IMG/VR virus record: IMGVR_UViG_3300011867_000002
Coordinates: 124,001-188,000 of that record
Direction: 5' to 3' (one strand)
DNA from: an uncultured virus (IMG/VR IMGVR_UViG_3300011867_000002)
Taxonomy: Duplodnaviria > Heunggongvirae > Uroviricota > Caudoviricetes
Length of the DNA stretch: 64,000 nt
Within the stretch, counting starts at the first letter, position 1, and each line of letters opens with the position of its first letter. Below, piece by piece: positions 8,774-18,988 of the stretch. The notes below the pieces were generated by a model. That model did not search any database, was not told the DNA's origin, and was given only the letters and a program-made list of their open reading frames with translations. The position numbers and the translations under genes were made by a program.

Positions 8774-11347
8774 TTAGGTCGAAATCCGGATGAAGCCAGT
8801 TAAGCTCACACGGTCTTTCAGGTATAGCGTCACCACACGGGTGAGGAATTTGTAGCAGTAGAGATCGATGTCGACCACCGTTTTCAGGTGGTGTGGATGG
8901 ATCGCCACATAGTTGGCATCTGGCCGCAGGTCGTCTTGGGTCGGATCAAAGGCCAGCAGGTGTTCATACTGTTTGCAGATATCAAAGACATCCGCGTTAC
9001 CGTAGAACGACTTGATGCGAGCATCATTTAACACGCCGTTTTTCAGGTCAAACAGAATCCGGGCACAGAAAGGACTGATGACCGGGTACAGGTCTTTGAT
9101 CGTGTTGGGATTGGTAAACGGCTTTTGCGGCAACTTCTCCGACAGATAGTCGCACACCGCCGTGTCGATTGGTACCGACTTGGCACGCAGTTCATACGTG
9201 TCGTCCATGGCAATACCACGCAGCGGTACCACGATATCCCGGATGGCGTATGGCAACCCGTTCAGGCTGTCGGGCACCATCACCGCCGGATCGTCTTCTG
9301 CAAACTTCAGTTGTTGACGCCCGTAGACGCCACCACCCATGACGATGCGCTGGACTTTGTCGTCACGGATATCGAAGCGGTTGTTCGCCGACAGAAGGCC
9401 GTGGTCCACGAATCCCTTTTCAGGGAAGACTTCCCGCGACAGGTCGGACTTGCAAAAGCCACTGAAGCGGATGTCGACGTGCTGAGTGCCTGTTTCTTTC
9501 AGGTAGGTCTTGTTGATGATCCCGATAACAGGGAAGTCAACATGGTAATCCACCCCTTCGACCAAGGCATGGCCATTCAGGAAGACGTCGAGTTCCCCCA
9601 TCGGCACTTCCATGATACGGTTCGTCAGCGACCCTTTTCGGAACGCCAAGTGAGCCAACGTCACGTTCAACACCCCACTGCTATTGGGCAGGTCAATCCC
9701 ATACGCCAAGATCGAGCGGTTACTGCGCACCAAGGTGTAGGTCGTGACGGGGTTGGTGTACCAGGTCACCTTGCCTTTGTTGATGACGTAACGGTTGCTG
9801 CCAGTTACATCGACCCAGCGGTTGTTGATCGTGCCATCGTATTCAATCCCGCAGGTGTAGAAGCGGTAATCCAGGGTCTGGTCGATCTCCATGGTTTCTT
9901 GACCATAGGTATCGTCGGGCTGGTTCCCGAAGGTACCAACCAACACTTCTACCAAGCGCGTTTTGTTATTGCGGCACACGTAGGTAGCGCCTTGTACGTG
10001 TTGGTAGTATCCGAGCAGTAAGCCTTTGGCATCATACTCGTACACCGCAGAGCGCACCTGCAAACCGTATGGCAACTCGACCACTTGTTGTCCCGACACC
10101 GTTTTGGTGTAGAGTGGGCTGTCGCCTAGCAACTTGCTAATGGCATTGTAGCCATACGCTTCTTGCACCAGGGCCAAATCCATGTTGGCGGTTTCAGAAC
10201 GCATTACTTGGGCATAGGCGGAATTTTCCAATACCGCTGCCGACCAGTTCGGTACCACCGCATCGATCGACAACATGGCTTCCGTAACATCTTGGTCGCG
10301 CATTTTGTATAGTTCTTTGATGCGGTTTGCTTCATCCACCAGGGGACGGGCGTATCCAGAGTAACGCACGTGCAAACGCACCACCACGTCTTCTGCGGCC
10401 CAAGTCGGCTGCGACGCCAGATAGGCATTCACGTAGTCCGCTGGAATGGCATAGTCCTTGTGTGTCACCATGCGCATCGCGTCACCACCGTCAGCATTCC
10501 TGTGGTAATAGACACCGATGTGGCGATCACGGGTTGGATGCTTGTGTACCAAGAAGACATCGATGTCGTCTTGGTAGTCGATCATGCCGCTACCTTGGTT
10601 GGCGTAATGGAGCAAGTACTTGACCTTGTTGTCCAAGGTGCTGGCAAACGCTTTCAAGTCCTTCAACGGGAAATCGATGATTTGGCGGATCGAACTGTCG
10701 TACACCACTTCTACGTACGAGCCGATTTTGGCGCTAAAGAGCGACAAGTGCGATACTTTCATGCCATCGACAAACACGTACGTACCACCGGCCAACTTAC
10801 TCCAGTCGCTGACCAAGTTCTGCAAGGTCAAAATCTCTTCCGTCGTGGTCACGACTTTGCCGGTGACCCGCACATCGTCGATCATGACGCCAGCGCGTCG
10901 GCTTTGGAAGAAGGCATTCGTGTACACCCGCAAGAACACTTTGGTCGTGCGGATGTTGACAGGCATGGTGGGAATTTCTTTGATCGCAAACAAGAGGTTG
11001 CGATTCTTGGTAACCATGTACCAGGTCTGGGTGCGCGGGAACTGAATGCCATACTGCGTGTACACGTCAATCACCATGCGTTTCAGGTGACAGGTATCCG
11101 CAGCCAAAACCCACAGGCCGTTGGTTTCCATAAGTCCCATCAGTGCCGGACTGAGTTGTCCGACTTGGAACACATGGAAGCGGCTGGTTTTGTCTGGCAA
11201 GCTGTACATTGTCTTGCCGGCCTCCACTTCACCCCAGACACCAATCTCTCGGGTAATGCGTTTCGGCTCAACAATCGACTGCAAGTCCTGTTCAGGATTG
11301 CACCAGGCATTCAGAATGGCATGGTTGACGATATACTCTACACTCAT
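8774..11347 (-). CDS. Virion structural/baseplate protein (phiKZ gp27-like)
   Basis: 857-aa ORF, N-terminal HAILNAWCNPEQD, conserved position. Confidence 0.75.
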   Translation of the reverse strand: MSVEYIVNHAILNAWCNPEQDLQSIVEPKRITREIGVWGEVEAGKTMYSLPDKTSRFHVFQVGQLSPALMGLMETNGLWVLAADTCHLKRMVIDVYTQYGIQFPRTQTWYMVTKNRNLLFAIKEIPTMPVNIRTTKVFLRVYTNAFFQSRRAGVMIDDVRVTGKVVTTTEEILTLQNLVSDWSKLAGGTYVFVDGMKVSHLSLFSAKIGSYVEVVYDSSIRQIIDFPLKDLKAFASTLDNKVKYLLHYANQGSGMIDYQDDIDVFLVHKHPTRDRHIGVYYHRNADGGDAMRMVTHKDYAIPADYVNAYLASQPTWAAEDVVVRLHVRYSGYARPLVDEANRIKELYKMRDQDVTEAMLSIDAVVPNWSAAVLENSAYAQVMRSETANMDLALVQEAYGYNAISKLLGDSPLYTKTVSGQQVVELPYGLQVRSAVYEYDAKGLLLGYYQHVQGATYVCRNNKTRLVEVLVGTFGNQPDDTYGQETMEIDQTLDYRFYTCGIEYDGTINNRWVDVTGSNRYVINKGKVTWYTNPVTTYTLVRSNRSILAYGIDLPNSSGVLNVTLAHLAFRKGSLTNRIMEVPMGELDVFLNGHALVEGVDYHVDFPVIGIINKTYLKETGTQHVDIRFSGFCKSDLSREVFPEKGFVDHGLLSANNRFDIRDDKVQRIVMGGGVYGRQQLKFAEDDPAVMVPDSLNGLPYAIRDIVVPLRGIAMDDTYELRAKSVPIDTAVCDYLSEKLPQKPFTNPNTIKDLYPVISPFCARILFDLKNGVLNDARIKSFYGNADVFDICKQYEHLLAFDPTQDDLRPDANYVAIHPHHLKTVVDIDLYCYKFLTRVVTLYLKDRVSLTGFIRIST

Positions 11348-11397
11348 GACAAACCTTTGAAAGAAACCCTGCCTATGGTAGCGCAGGGTGCTGCAAA

Positions 11398-12345
11398 TTA
11401 ACGGGATTCGGTAAGCGGCGCGAAGTTCTCCAGGAGCTTACGCAGACTGCCGAAGAACAGTTGGTCGCTGCCACCGCGGTGGCTGCGTTCGAACAGCTTG
11501 AAGAGACCCGTGGCGCGATATGAGCGGTCGGTGCCGGATGCGTACACCACGGCGAGCCAGGTCGGGGGGTGTTCGAGAGCGACTGCCATCACTTCTTTGT
11601 AATTGTAGCCGTACCACGAACCGACGACCGATGCGAACAGCAGACCACGGTTCAGTTGGGCCAGGCGGATACCGCCGATCTTGCTGGCAGCGACGCAGAA
11701 GGCGTCGGCGTTGGCGAGCACCGAGTACTCGTCCATGATCGCCAGGATTTCCTTGACTTCGATGCCGAGGTCACGGCTGAGCGAAGCAGCGGCGCGCACC
11801 TTCTCGTTTTCGTCGAGTTCTTTGGCATCGGTGAAGTTCGAGTTGTACAGGATGCCGGCCAGGATTGAGACGTGCATCTGTTCCAGCGGTTCGAGTGCGA
11901 ACTTGCGTTGCAGCGATTCGCTGATCCAGCTGGCAAACATCTTGACTGGGATGGGCGACAGGTTGCGCAGGTAGCTGCGTTCTTCGGTCAGCCAGATACG
12001 GCTCAGGCGCAGGCGCAGCATGGCCATGTCCATCTGCGACTTGTCGCGCACGATGAAGGCGTCTTGGTTTTTCGACCAAGCACCGAATGGACGCACGTCG
12101 ATTGCCAGGGTTTCGATGTTGGCAGGATCGGCTGGATTGACTTTTGGGTCGACCAGCATTGGGTGAGTAAAGCCCGCAATGTTGTTGCGGAAGTTATCGC
12201 CATCTTGCACCACCACCATGCCGGGCGCGGCGTAGTGCAGGACACCCATGGCGTTGGCGGCTTTCAGCTGAGCTTGAGTCTTCACGACCCCCAACTCGAA
12301 ACCGTCACATTGTGTGGTCTCGTACGGCGTGCGACGAATCGTCAT
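11398..12345 (-). CDS. Virion protein (phiKZ gp28-like)
   Basis: 315-aa ORF with ALEHPPTW motif, divergent from the sheath gene. Confidence 0.7.
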   Translation of the reverse strand: MTIRRTPYETTQCDGFELGVVKTQAQLKAANAMGVLHYAAPGMVVVQDGDNFRNNIAGFTHPMLVDPKVNPADPANIETLAIDVRPFGAWSKNQDAFIVRDKSQMDMAMLRLRLSRIWLTEERSYLRNLSPIPVKMFASWISESLQRKFALEPLEQMHVSILAGILYNSNFTDAKELDENEKVRAAASLSRDLGIEVKEILAIMDEYSVLANADAFCVAASKIGGIRLAQLNRGLLFASVVGSWYGYNYKEVMAVALEHPPTWLAVVYASGTDRSYRATGLFKLFERSHRGGSDQLFFGSLRKLLENFAPLTESR

Positions 12346-12564
12346 GATTTTGTTTCCTAAAAAATTGATGAGCTATAACAAGAGGGCAAGATACCCGACC
12401 ATTTGCATCATCCTATGTTAAATAAATACGTTCTCGGGCGATTTATTTCACCGGGCGATCGCCTTTTCATGTCCGTGCCGCCAGCTGTAAAAATTTACAT
12501 TATTATGATGCTAGGCATCGTCCCAGAAATCATACCATTTATTCACCAGTGACAGGATACCATT

Positions 12565-14658
12565 ATGTCAGAAGTAATTATCCACGCGACGCCGCGTTCG
12601 GTAATGCTGGGTACGAACGACCAGTCTACCGCACCCCAGCCAGCAACGCAGGAAGCACGGCCGCAGCACGTGCCGTTCTTTTTCACGTTCGCCCAAAAGG
12701 GTCCGCTTGAACCAACGTTCGTAACTGGCGCGGAAGCGAAAGCACTCTTCGGCGCCGACACGTTCGACGCGCGCAAGCAGTACGCCACCCACGCGACCGA
12801 GTTCATCAACCGCAATTTCGCCAAGGCCGGCTGCGCCATCATCCAGCGTCTGGAAACCCCAGATGCCCACGCACGTGCTTCGGTACGCCTGTGGGCTGAC
12901 GTGCTGGAAACCACGGTGCAGGACTATGTCCGTAACGACGATGGTAGCATCAAACTGGTCAACGGCGCACCTGTCGCCGCAGGTGCACCGATCGCTGGTT
13001 ACAAAATCAAGTTCGTCCTGGGCCGCGTCTTCCCGACCGCAGAAGGCGACGACACCTTCGGTATTGCCACCCAAGCTGCCGGTGACCAAACCGACGCCGA
13101 CACGCAAGAACAGTCGATCCGCATCCCGCTGATCGACCTGCGTGTGCCGTCGTTTGGCGTGTTCGGCAACAACAGCGGTGTGCGCTTCTGGGCGCCGACC
13201 ACTGGTGGCCGCCTGCCGATCGACGCCGACGTCGTGGCCAACGAAAAGACCTTCCCGTTCCGTCTGTCGCTGGTGCAGCGCCTGAACGAGATGACCTCGC
13301 CTGCCGTGACCACCACGCTGGCCGGTGCGCAGTACATGGACTTCTCGCTGATGCCAGGCGCCTACGATCGCAAACGCGACCGTTCGCTGTACCTGGGAGA
13401 CATCTTCCTGGAGCAATACCAGAACGTCAGCAGCGCAACCGGTTCGGTGCAATATTCCCCGTTCAACGAAATCCACCTGTACGACGACCAGATCGCCGAC
13501 CTGCTGGAAAAGCTGTACACGACCGAAGTCGCCCACCGCGACCAGTTCTCGGACTTCACCGGCTCGGGCCTGGACGAGATGTACCGCTTCAACCTGTTCG
13601 GTGCGAAGACCACCGGCGGCGTGCCGTACCACAGCGTCCAGATCATCACCGGTTCCGGTGCTGCTGTGCGCCTGGCCGAGAACAGCAACCTGATGGCCGG
13701 CGGCGGTACCGAAGGCGTCATGAACAACGATGTCTTCAACACCCTGGTGGAAGCAGCGTGCGCCCAGTTCGCTGATCCCAAGAGCCCGCTGAAGAACATG
13801 GCGAAATACCCGTACTCGTGCATCTACGACTCGGGCTTCCCGCTGGAAACGAAGAAAGCACTGGTGCAGATTCTGGCCCAGCGCAAGAACACCTGGGTCG
13901 CGCTCGGCACCCACGTGGTCGGTGGTCGCCCACTGACGGCTTCGGAAGAAACCGCCATGGCCAGCACCCTGCTGGCCCACGTTCAGATGTACCCCGAATC
14001 GGAATACTTCGGCACCAGCACCTGCCGCGGCATCCTGATCGGTGGTTCGGGTCGTTACATGGGCAGCAGCTACCGTAAGGACCTGCCACTGACCCTGGAA
14101 CTGCTGGACAAGGTCGCCGAGTACACCGGCGCCGCCAATGGCGAATGGGATTCGGCTGCCCGCTTCGACGTCGACGATGGTCGCAACATCAAGCTGTTCA
14201 CCAACCTGAACGTGGCAACGCGTACGGATGACACCGCTGACGCCAATTGGGTCATCGGCCTGGTGACGCCGGAATCGTCGGATCGTAAGCAGTACTACTT
14301 CCCGGCCTTCCAAACCGTGTACGACCGCGACGACTCGGTGCTGAACTCGCTGATCACCGTGCTCGCCATCGCCGACCTGCAAGTCATCGGCGAAGAAACG
14401 CGCATCAAGTTCAGCGGTCGCTCCGACCTGTCGAACCTGGAGTTCATCGACGCGGTGAACAAGTTCATGGTGAAGAAGATCGCTGGTCGTTACGACAACC
14501 GCTTCCAAATCCAGCCGCAAGCGTACATCACCGCGGAAGACGAAGCCCGCGGCTACAGCTGGACGACGAAGATCACCATCGGCGCCCCAGGCATGAAATC
14601 GGTCCAAACGCTGTCCATCGAAGGCCAGCGCATCGAAGACATGCAGACGGCGGCATAA
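12565..14658 (+). CDS. Contractile tail sheath protein (phiKZ gp29-like)
   Basis: 697 aa. PQHVPFFFTFAQKGP N-terminus, YDSGFPLETK, very high codon bias, immediately upstream of the tube gene. Confidence 0.88.
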   Translation: MSEVIIHATPRSVMLGTNDQSTAPQPATQEARPQHVPFFFTFAQKGPLEPTFVTGAEAKALFGADTFDARKQYATHATEFINRNFAKAGCAIIQRLETPDAHARASVRLWADVLETTVQDYVRNDDGSIKLVNGAPVAAGAPIAGYKIKFVLGRVFPTAEGDDTFGIATQAAGDQTDADTQEQSIRIPLIDLRVPSFGVFGNNSGVRFWAPTTGGRLPIDADVVANEKTFPFRLSLVQRLNEMTSPAVTTTLAGAQYMDFSLMPGAYDRKRDRSLYLGDIFLEQYQNVSSATGSVQYSPFNEIHLYDDQIADLLEKLYTTEVAHRDQFSDFTGSGLDEMYRFNLFGAKTTGGVPYHSVQIITGSGAAVRLAENSNLMAGGGTEGVMNNDVFNTLVEAACAQFADPKSPLKNMAKYPYSCIYDSGFPLETKKALVQILAQRKNTWVALGTHVVGGRPLTASEETAMASTLLAHVQMYPESEYFGTSTCRGILIGGSGRYMGSSYRKDLPLTLELLDKVAEYTGAANGEWDSAARFDVDDGRNIKLFTNLNVATRTDDTADANWVIGLVTPESSDRKQYYFPAFQTVYDRDDSVLNSLITVLAIADLQVIGEETRIKFSGRSDLSNLEFIDAVNKFMVKKIAGRYDNRFQIQPQAYITAEDEARGYSWTTKITIGAPGMKSVQTLSIEGQRIEDMQTAA

Positions 14659-14675
14659 AGAAAGAAGTTGACCCA

Positions 14676-14705
14676 CACCTACCTTGCCTTCGGGCAAGGT
14701 AGGTG
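14676..14705 (+). terminator. Hairpin after sheath gene
   Basis: CACCTACCTTGCC-TTCG-GGCAAGGTAGGTG perfect stem. Confidence 0.7.
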
Positions 14706-14803
14706 CTTAGGTTGGTTTCCTCTTTATCAGAACGCTCCTCACGGAAGAATTACCCCATGTTCCTTTCCCATTTCAATCTGCATTACCTGACAGGAGGTTC
14801 GGC

Positions 14804-15679
14804 ATGAGCCGTTTCCAAGACACCCTGATGCGTCCGGGCACTGGCCCGGTCAAGACCATGCTGAACCAGGCCGTGAATCTGGCCTATGGCGGTATGAACG
14901 GTCTGGCGCCCGACTTCACTCAGTGGGTCAGCGCACAGGCATATCTCCAGAAGAACCTGATCGCTTTCGTGATCGAGTATCCGAAGGCGTTCGATCTGCT
15001 GCCAGACAACGACCGTCGTGCCTGGATCGCGGCTTACAAGGCCATCATCGAACTGCATGCCCAGTCCTGGACTGGCTTCAATTCCGGCATCGAACTCGAA
15101 ACCACCGAGAACGCGGTCGGTGGCGGTGGCCAGTTCTTCGAGGACTTCACCGACGCCAAGGAAGCCCGTACGCAGCCACAAGGCAACTGGATCGAGAAGT
15201 ACGGCCAAGCGATTGGCAACTTCTGGTCCGTGTTCATCCGTACCTTCATGATGAACCCGTACACCAAGTACCCGGACATCATGACGATGGCTGGCATCAC
15301 CCGTCCGACCGACCAACTCGCTGACCTGTACGCAGGCACGGTGCTGTTCGTCGAACCGGACTCGACGATGCTGAACCCAGTGAACGCCTACCTCTGCACC
15401 AACTTCTGGCCAAAGAGCACCGGCGAAATCACTGCCAAGCGCGACCTGACCCAAGCGGCAGAATCGCGTACCATCGACATCCAGTTCGCCGCGCTGACCC
15501 AGCAAGGTGTGGGCGTGCGCGCCTTCGCCCGTTCGATCCTGCAAAGCGTCCAGATCACCGGCGCGAACCCATTCAACGCGCCAGCGCTGGTGGGCCAGAT
15601 CGATCCGGCACTCCAGCAAGCGCCGGCCGGCTACAAGGCCAACGTTGAAAACCTGGGTGCCCGTGCAGTGACCCTGTAA
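14804..15679 (+). CDS. Tail tube protein (phiKZ gp30-like)
   Basis: 291 aa, AGGAGG RBS, EKYG and TVLFVEPD motifs, follows sheath. Confidence 0.82.
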   Translation: MSRFQDTLMRPGTGPVKTMLNQAVNLAYGGMNGLAPDFTQWVSAQAYLQKNLIAFVIEYPKAFDLLPDNDRRAWIAAYKAIIELHAQSWTGFNSGIELETTENAVGGGGQFFEDFTDAKEARTQPQGNWIEKYGQAIGNFWSVFIRTFMMNPYTKYPDIMTMAGITRPTDQLADLYAGTVLFVEPDSTMLNPVNAYLCTNFWPKSTGEITAKRDLTQAAESRTIDIQFAALTQQGVGVRAFARSILQSVQITGANPFNAPALVGQIDPALQQAPAGYKANVENLGARAVTL

Positions 15680-15712
15680 ACCAAGAAAAAAAGAACTGCG
15701 GTTCTTTTGATT

Positions 15713-15768
15713 GCGGCATAAGACCACACCCTGGAATGGGGTGTGGTCTTATTTTCTTTTATGCCCGC
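15713..15768. terminator. Bidirectional terminator with GCGGCATAA flank
   Basis: ATAAGACCACACC...GGTGTGGTCTTAT stem between convergent genes. Confidence 0.75.
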
Positions 15769-16265
15769 TTCTTGAGGAGCGCCGCAACCAAGTCCTCAGG
15801 GCTTGGTCGATCAGGGCCAACTTTGTACGACACGAAGCCCTTCTCATCGACGACGCCGCCGCGCCGTGCATGGTACATTTCCGAATCCGTGAATTGTTCC
15901 AATTCGTTGTTGGGGTCGCCGAGGTACCCATAAATTTCTTGGGCAATCTCAACCGATGGTTTTCGACTACCGGTGAAACAGAGATTGTTGTAATACCATT
16001 CGGCCGGGATACGTGGATCGTCGATGATGCATGCCTGGGCTTTAGTACCTGCAACGTCCCATTCATAGAGACGAATTTGCACCATGCCATCATCGAGGAT
16101 TTTTCTTTCTACCAACTCTTGGAGGTTTTCAGCCCAGAAGTTGAGGACACGGATTTCAGGTTTCCGGAAACAGAAATAGTTGCCCCACCGCAGAGGATAC
16201 TCATCGCTTGTACCGATCATCGACATCATGCCGACTTTTGCTTCTACTTTTAACACTGTACCCAT
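15759..16265 (-). CDS. Hypothetical protein
   Basis: 168-aa ORF in the accessory cluster. Confidence 0.7.
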   Translation of the reverse strand: MGTVLKVEAKVGMMSMIGTSDEYPLRWGNYFCFRKPEIRVLNFWAENLQELVERKILDDGMVQIRLYEWDVAGTKAQACIIDDPRIPAEWYYNNLCFTGSRKPSVEIAQEIYGYLGDPNNELEQFTDSEMYHARRGGVVDEKGFVSYKVGPDRPSPEDLVAALLKKRA

Positions 16266-16289
16266 TCTTTTCTCTCTTTCTATGTTGAA

Positions 16290-16409
16290 TTAACGTGAAC
16301 GGACTGAAAAACATCCTAGGAATCAGAACAATCCAATAACGATAACCATCCACGCTGTCGTGGCAAGTATCGGCCAGAGTACAGGTTATGCTAACATGAA
16401 CTCTTGCAT
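16290..16409 (-). pseudogene. Degraded small membrane-protein gene
   Basis: AAGGAG RBS then MQEFMLA*PVLWPILATTAWMVIVIGLF*FLGCFSVRSR*: a hydrophobic helix with two in-frame stops. Confidence 0.5.
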
Positions 16410-16430
16410 GATTTCTTCTTCTCCTTTGAT

Positions 16431-17147
16431 TTAGTTAGTACACTGTTTCGTTGCTACTTCTTTCACCCAGTCAGGGTAATCTTCTTTTTTCATTTGGAAG
16501 AAGGTACCCGCCGACAAGGACTCCTTGTCGATCAATTGCTTTGACGCGTCGTCTAACTTGTCCCAACTCCATTGCAGACATTCACACACAAAATCGAAGA
16601 CCGTATCGGGCAGCAACGTTTCATGCAAAATGTAGTACGCGTAAGACGCTACCAAGAAGGTGTCGACCTTTTCCACTAGAGTGAGGGTATTGGCTTCACT
16701 CAAACTGTGCGGGTACTTGACAACTTTCTCTACTGGAGGCACTGCTATAAACGCTTTCTGCAAATCTTCAGCACAGGTAAATTCCCCCATGTCGATGACG
16801 GTAATACCGCGTGCCTTGAAATACTTGGTGACCAAGCGCAGCCAGATGTGCCGGTGACAGAACTTCCCAGCCCGACAATAACACGCTACAATCAAGCGAT
16901 CATGGTTGGCTAGGTCATCCCACGCCTGGGCGTTAGTCCTAACCGACATGCGCATTTTCTCTACGTACAGACGGGTGTACTCTTCTTCGCTGAGTTCACC
17001 ATCTTTGTACAGACGGACATTACGCATTTCTGGTGCGAACTCCTTCCGGCCCGTCATCGCAGTGGAATCTAGGAAAAAGACACCTAGTTCTTTCGCAAGC
17101 CGATGTTTGGCCATTTGGGCGGTCCACACCAAGATGCGCTTGTTCAT
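16431..17147 (-). CDS. DUF488-like domain fused to an NAD-ligase domain Ia-like module
   Basis: N-part has ACYCRAGKFCHRH (C..CHR DUF488-type motif). C-part has ASYAYYILHETLLPDTVFD, like the LigA Ia motif YxYY...SDxxYD. Confidence 0.6.
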   Translation of the reverse strand: MNKRILVWTAQMAKHRLAKELGVFFLDSTAMTGRKEFAPEMRNVRLYKDGELSEEEYTRLYVEKMRMSVRTNAQAWDDLANHDRLIVACYCRAGKFCHRHIWLRLVTKYFKARGITVIDMGEFTCAEDLQKAFIAVPPVEKVVKYPHSLSEANTLTLVEKVDTFLVASYAYYILHETLLPDTVFDFVCECLQWSWDKLDDASKQLIDKESLSAGTFFQMKKEDYPDWVKEVATKQCTN

Positions 17148-17149
17148 GG

Positions 17150-17347
17150 TTATTCGTCTTTCTTAATGGGTTCGTGTTGCGGAAAACGAGGGAGTAACTC
17201 CCGTTCTGCTTTTGGTACCACCGTACCACGCCAGGGCTCTCCTGTCCGGGTGTCGATTACCGGCAGAATCTTCGCCGCTTCCGGTTTAAATTCCATGTTG
17301 CCGAAATGAAGTGGCGATGCCATCTCTTTGTTTTCTGTATTATTCAT
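17150..17347 (-). CDS. Small hypothetical protein
   Basis: 65-aa ORF tightly packed in an operon (ATGA overlap with the upstream gene). Confidence 0.55.
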   Translation of the reverse strand: MNNTENKEMASPLHFGNMEFKPEAAKILPVIDTRTGEPWRGTVVPKAERELLPRFPQHEPIKKDE

Positions 17348-17580
17348 AGTTTTGTTGCTTCGTCTTCAGAGACGATTCCGGCGTGCGTGCGGATGTTGTC
17401 GGTGAGGATAGCGATTTCGCTACCGGCGTGATTACGCAACGCCCAGTGTTCCATGACACGGTGCGCCTGGCCCGATTTGAACGAATTGATCAAACGCAGC
17501 AGAGCGTTGGCATTGACCTGCATCATCTCGTTTTCTTCAAACACACCAACGAATTCACCGTCTTGATTGCTGATAGACAT
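17344..17580 (-). CDS. Small hypothetical protein
   Basis: 78 aa, GAGGAGG RBS. Confidence 0.7.
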   Translation of the reverse strand: MSISNQDGEFVGVFEENEMMQVNANALLRLINSFKSGQAHRVMEHWALRNHAGSEIAILTDNIRTHAGIVSEDEATKL

Positions 17581-17616
17581 AGCACCTCCTCAAAAACAAA
17601 AAAAGAAAGAACGACA

Positions 17617-17658
17617 AAAAAGCCGTACCCGAAGGTACGGCTTTTCCTTTATGCCGGC
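17617..17658. terminator. Terminator hairpin with CGGCATAA flank
   Basis: AAAAGCCGTACC-CGAA-GGTACGGCTTTT then TTTATGCCGG. Confidence 0.8.
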
Positions 17659-17667
17659 CAGGCCGGA

Positions 17668-18195
17668 TTACAGCTTAGCCCACAGGTCGCGCGCCTGGTT
17701 CGACAGCACGTCCTTGACCTGGACCATCGGGTCGTTCTTGCCGGTGCCGTGCAGTTCGTGCGAGACCTTGACGATGCCGTACGACATGGTGCCGGCGACG
17801 TTGCGGCTCTGCTCGACCTTGACTGCGTAGTGGTCCTTGCCGAAGGTCGGCAGGTCAGCACGCACGGCCTTGATGTCCGGGTTCGCCTGCATGAACTCGA
17901 AGCCCGCTTCGCCGACGCCCAGGGCCATGCCGGCTTGCACGGCGCGGTGGTGGCCCATGAAGCGCTGGACGACTTCCGGGGTCAGGTCGGCTGGCAGCAG
18001 GCTTTCGGTGTACAGGGTCTTGCCCAGATTGCCGGTGCCGTTGCTGTCGAACGCGGCCTTGGCGGCTGGCTTGATGATGTCGGCGATGCGGCGCACTTCA
18101 GCGTCGATGTTGTCGCGCGGATTGGTGATGACGAGTTCGGTGGTCTCGGTGGTCTTGACGCCTTCGACTTGGTTTTCGGTGATTTGCATTTTCAT
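17668..18195 (-). CDS. Hypothetical, probably highly expressed protein
   Basis: 175 aa, AAGGA RBS, extreme C/G third-position bias, own terminator. Confidence 0.8.
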   Translation of the reverse strand: MKMQITENQVEGVKTTETTELVITNPRDNIDAEVRRIADIIKPAAKAAFDSNGTGNLGKTLYTESLLPADLTPEVVQRFMGHHRAVQAGMALGVGEAGFEFMQANPDIKAVRADLPTFGKDHYAVKVEQSRNVAGTMSYGIVKVSHELHGTGKNDPMVQVKDVLSNQARDLWAKL

Positions 18196-18264
18196 TTCCT
18201 TCTTCAGTTAATGCCCTTACGGGTCGGGGGTACTACATTAAAAATGGTAGTGGAATACTACCGC

Positions 18265-18834
18265 TTATGTTTTGGGTGGACGCAGCTTGGGGTTGTGGTA
18301 CGGGTGATTGCTCATCGAACCACGCGCTGGTGGATACTCGCGGGCCGTGGGCGTCTTGTGAGTCACGATGCGTGGTGCGTTGGTAAAGGCTTGCGGATAA
18401 TTCTTGACTGGGTCTGGGGCTGGCGGAGCCGGTGGCGTCACATGTAGCTTGGCCTTTTCTTTCATGGCCACAGTCGTGATGAGACGCAGGGCGACTTCGG
18501 CAGGTTTATGTGCTGCCAGCTTTTTGTGGCCCATCAGCAAGAGGTACTTGCCGTTGAACTTGACCACGACCATCGGGTCGTCGTCGAGTGCCGCATAGTG
18601 CGGCGTGTCGGCGTCGAGGTGTTGTTCTTGACCAGGCGCTGCGCGCGTGGTGGTGAAAGCGTGCAGACCCGATTCGATGGCCGAACAGTTGATGTCCGTG
18701 ACGATGTCCGATGCCAACAGCTTAAAGGGACCGCCAGTACGGCTAGGTGCACCTGCAATGTTACGCACTTTGTCGAGATCGTACTTGGTGCCATTCAACA
18801 CCAGAATGTTGATCGTCGGGATCGTTGCATTCAT
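18265..18834 (-). CDS. Hypothetical protein
   Basis: Start moved to MNATIP (AAGGA RBS). Pro-rich C-terminus. Confidence 0.7.
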   Translation of the reverse strand: MNATIPTINILVLNGTKYDLDKVRNIAGAPSRTGGPFKLLASDIVTDINCSAIESGLHAFTTTRAAPGQEQHLDADTPHYAALDDDPMVVVKFNGKYLLLMGHKKLAAHKPAEVALRLITTVAMKEKAKLHVTPPAPPAPDPVKNYPQAFTNAPRIVTHKTPTAREYPPARGSMSNHPYHNPKLRPPKT

Positions 18835-18951
18835 TTCTTTGCATTCCTTAATTGGGAGTTTGTCTTTCATACCGGTGTAGCAAGTTAGTAAAAAAGGATT
18901 CACTGTCACTTGTACATACGGGTGATATGTGGTTGTAAGTTTTTTGAACAC

Positions 18952-18986
18952 GCGGCAAAAAAGAGGAGACCGAAGTCTCCTCTTTG
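18952..18986 (-). terminator. Terminator after protease gene
   Basis: AAAGAGGAGAC-CGAA-GTCTCCTCTTT with GCGGCAAAA flank. Confidence 0.8.
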
Positions 18987-18988
18987 TC

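Noticed and set aside
7093..14697. Long antisense ORFs (7093-8793 +, 12568-14697 -, and similar at 20668-22014, 22975-24858, 50313-51563)
   Set aside because: They mirror real genes codon for codon. Strong third-position bias removes stops on the opposite strand, and they lack RBSs and motifs.
16431..16700. Functional NAD-dependent DNA ligase
   Set aside because: Only a domain Ia-like segment is present. There is no KxDG adenylation, OB or BRCT domain.
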